From Bugula neritina (Eukaryota > Animalia > Bryozoa), in contig CAXIUT010000099.1 in NCBI GenBank assembly GCA_964035545.1, forward strand, positions 54,698 to 98,020: a stretch of 43,323 nucleotides of DNA. The letters run 5' to 3'. Made by a program: the position numbers and the translations under genes. This document shows positions 41,363 to 43,323 of this stretch, piece by piece. Position 1 is the first letter of the stretch. Each line of letters starts with the position of its first letter. The notes beneath the pieces were generated by a model. The model was not told the DNA's origin. It ran no database searches and was given only the letters and a program-made list of their open reading frames with translations.

Positions 41363-43076
41363 TCAAACATGCTTTTACAACTCACTGCAAAGATTTTACC
41401 AATATATCATTGGAAAACGTATCTACATGGCTAACCTATCAGTCTAATAATTAGCTATTGTATATTAAGGAAGAATATGAGCCATACTGACTAGACTTGA
41501 TGTAGAAGATTTTCTTGTCATTGACAAGTGACCATTCATTTATTTTTTAAGTGCTTTGATCAAAGGCTGAGGAGAATTATCTTTTAGAAATAGATTTAGG
41601 TTTGATTTATTATCATTAATAAGACAGCAAAAAGTTGGTATGTATACATCTCTAAGATATGAATCCATGATGTATTGTACGGGTAGATTGAAAATTTCTT
41701 AGAGTAATCCGGCTTCAAAAAGTTTTTTTTAACTGATTCGATCATCGAATGAGAGGTATCCTAAAAGAATAATCAGCTCATTTAACAAGGATCTAGCATG
41801 TCCATTTTAATTATACTATTCCATCTATCTTTTACAGTATCTAATCAAAGTACAAAAAGGACCAATAACAGAATTGATAAGTCCTTCACATTTACTATCG
41901 GATACTATCTTTCGAAAAGATGGAAGAGATCCTTCGCAGCAGCAATTAAGAATCTTAAGAGTGAGACCCATACAACACTAAGTAGCGATTGGATAGCTAT
42001 CAGGAAGGAGTTATCCTGTCGGTACACTTTAAGTTTCTTTAAGTTGGATAAAATAGCTGAGTAAAAAGGGAACAATAAATTAAACTAACTTAAAAAGATA
42101 ACCTTGATTTGAATATTATTTGATTGACTAGTTTGGGAGAGAGTAGTCAGGTTGAAGTTTCGGGCATGCTCTTCTCATGACAAATAACATGAACCTTAGC
42201 AATTATAGAGTTGTTTCAGTTTAAATAATAGTTTCTTCTTGAATAAATTGCTAGCAAAGAGGATTTTTTATTTTTTTGAATATTTGCGAACAAAGGATAA
42301 GCTCTACTGTGGTTTCTGTAATAGAATGGATGCCTTCTTCTATATGAGAGAATCGATACCTTTTGATTTATGCAAAAGCAGGGAATTGATTATTTTGAAT
42401 GTGAGATATTGAATATTGATATATGACTGTGAGGAAACTTTCTTTTATTCTCTTCCTAAAATCCAATTTCCAAAAGAAACTAATCCATTTAGTCTGTTTG
42501 TCAAAATCAAATAATCTCTGTTCGTTCCTACAGAGGCAAACGTATGAAGCACTTTGAAACCTAGCTAATCATGATCGTACATAGCTCAAGACCTCTTAAA
42601 AGTTGAGTGAACTCAGCTTTATGCAGGCTGGGCACTTTGGGTAATAGTTCAAATAGTGCTGGAATGAAACGTGACTGTCTTAACAGATGAAGATCTAATT
42701 CCTTTTTAGCTTCTACCAACTTGTTGATATCTCTCGATATGATTTCGATTGCCTAGTAGTCTCTATTTTGAAACTTGGTTTGCTTTTCTAGGTCGAGAGT
42801 CAGTTTCATTATCCGTTGTTTTTTTGTGCTGCTGATTTCTTTGCTGGCAAGACACTTATCATCATGTTGCAAACCCATGTTATTGAGTTTTTGTCTAAGT
42901 TTACGATACTTGAGTTTGGTGTCTGCTTTTGTGGGTTCTTATTCTAGCAACAGTTAGTGTTTGGGATCTAAAAGTTATGTTTGTTCGATTGTTAGTTCAG
43001 AGCTGGCTTCAGTGCAGGTCTGGTTGTCTTCTTTGAGACTATCAGGAGGAGTATTTCTGTTTTTGGAAACCTACAT
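41363..43076 (-). CDS. SCAPER C-terminal-like protein, possibly 5'-truncated by the telomere
   Basis: NRDYLILTNRL, LLNELIILLGY, LPVQY...VYIPT, RFPMIYWE resemble the SCAPER C-terminus; 20-nt introns 42340-42359, 42561-42580; frame stays open upstream of ATG 43076 to the telomere. Confidence 0.65.
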
Positions 43077-43150
43077 CAATAAGATGATATTTTTACAATT
43101 AAATTTGAATTCAAAGATCTACTCGTCATCATCATCAAATATTCTTTAAT

Positions 43151-43323
43151 GGGGTTGGGGTTGGGGTTGGGGTTGGGGTTGGGGTTGGGGTTGGGGTTGG
43201 GTGGGGTTGGGGTTGGGGTTGGGGTTGGGGTTGGGGTTGGGGTTGGGGTTGGGGTTGGGGTTGGGTGGGGTTGGGGTTGGGGTTGGGGTTGGGGTTGGGG
43301 TTGGGGTTGGGGTTGGGGTTGGG
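43151..43323. repeat. Right telomere, (GGGGTT)n
   Basis: G4T2 repeat at the sequence end with two variant units near 43201 and 43263. Confidence 0.98.

Noticed and set aside
43198-43270. Variant telomere units GGGGT and GGGT
   Set aside because: Isolated base losses in a simple repeat; sequencing error or telomerase slippage, not a second repeat type

Overview
The window is a complete, telomere-to-telomere ciliate macronuclear chromosome: (CCCCAA)n at 1-99 and (GGGGTT)n at 43151-43323. It is very AT-rich and packed with about 28-29 protein genes. The supplied standard-code ORF track is misleading. Invariant residues in kinesin, kinase, MCM4, an EF-hand, SYF1 and katanin show that both TAA and TAG encode Glu and TGA is the only stop. 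This is the peritrich nuclear code (NCBI table 30), so the host is probably a peritrich oligohymenophorean. Manual gene building gave 31 frame-restoring GT-AG introns of exactly 20 nt plus three in-frame 21-nt candidates, and every one has an A six bases from the 3' end. This fixed-geometry tiny-intron system is the strongest novelty candidate. Other points of interest: a protein with a C-terminal CENP-C-like motif; an intronless bacterial-type FAD monooxygenase-DUF4166-TIGR01777 epimerase fusion; an intronless R-S-E ADP-ribosyltransferase-TPR protein; a SQOR homolog lacking both catalytic cysteines (ATPTT1-like); and a SCAPER-like gene whose frame stays open into the right telomere. All gene models were translated by hand and family calls rest on recalled motifs, not database searches.
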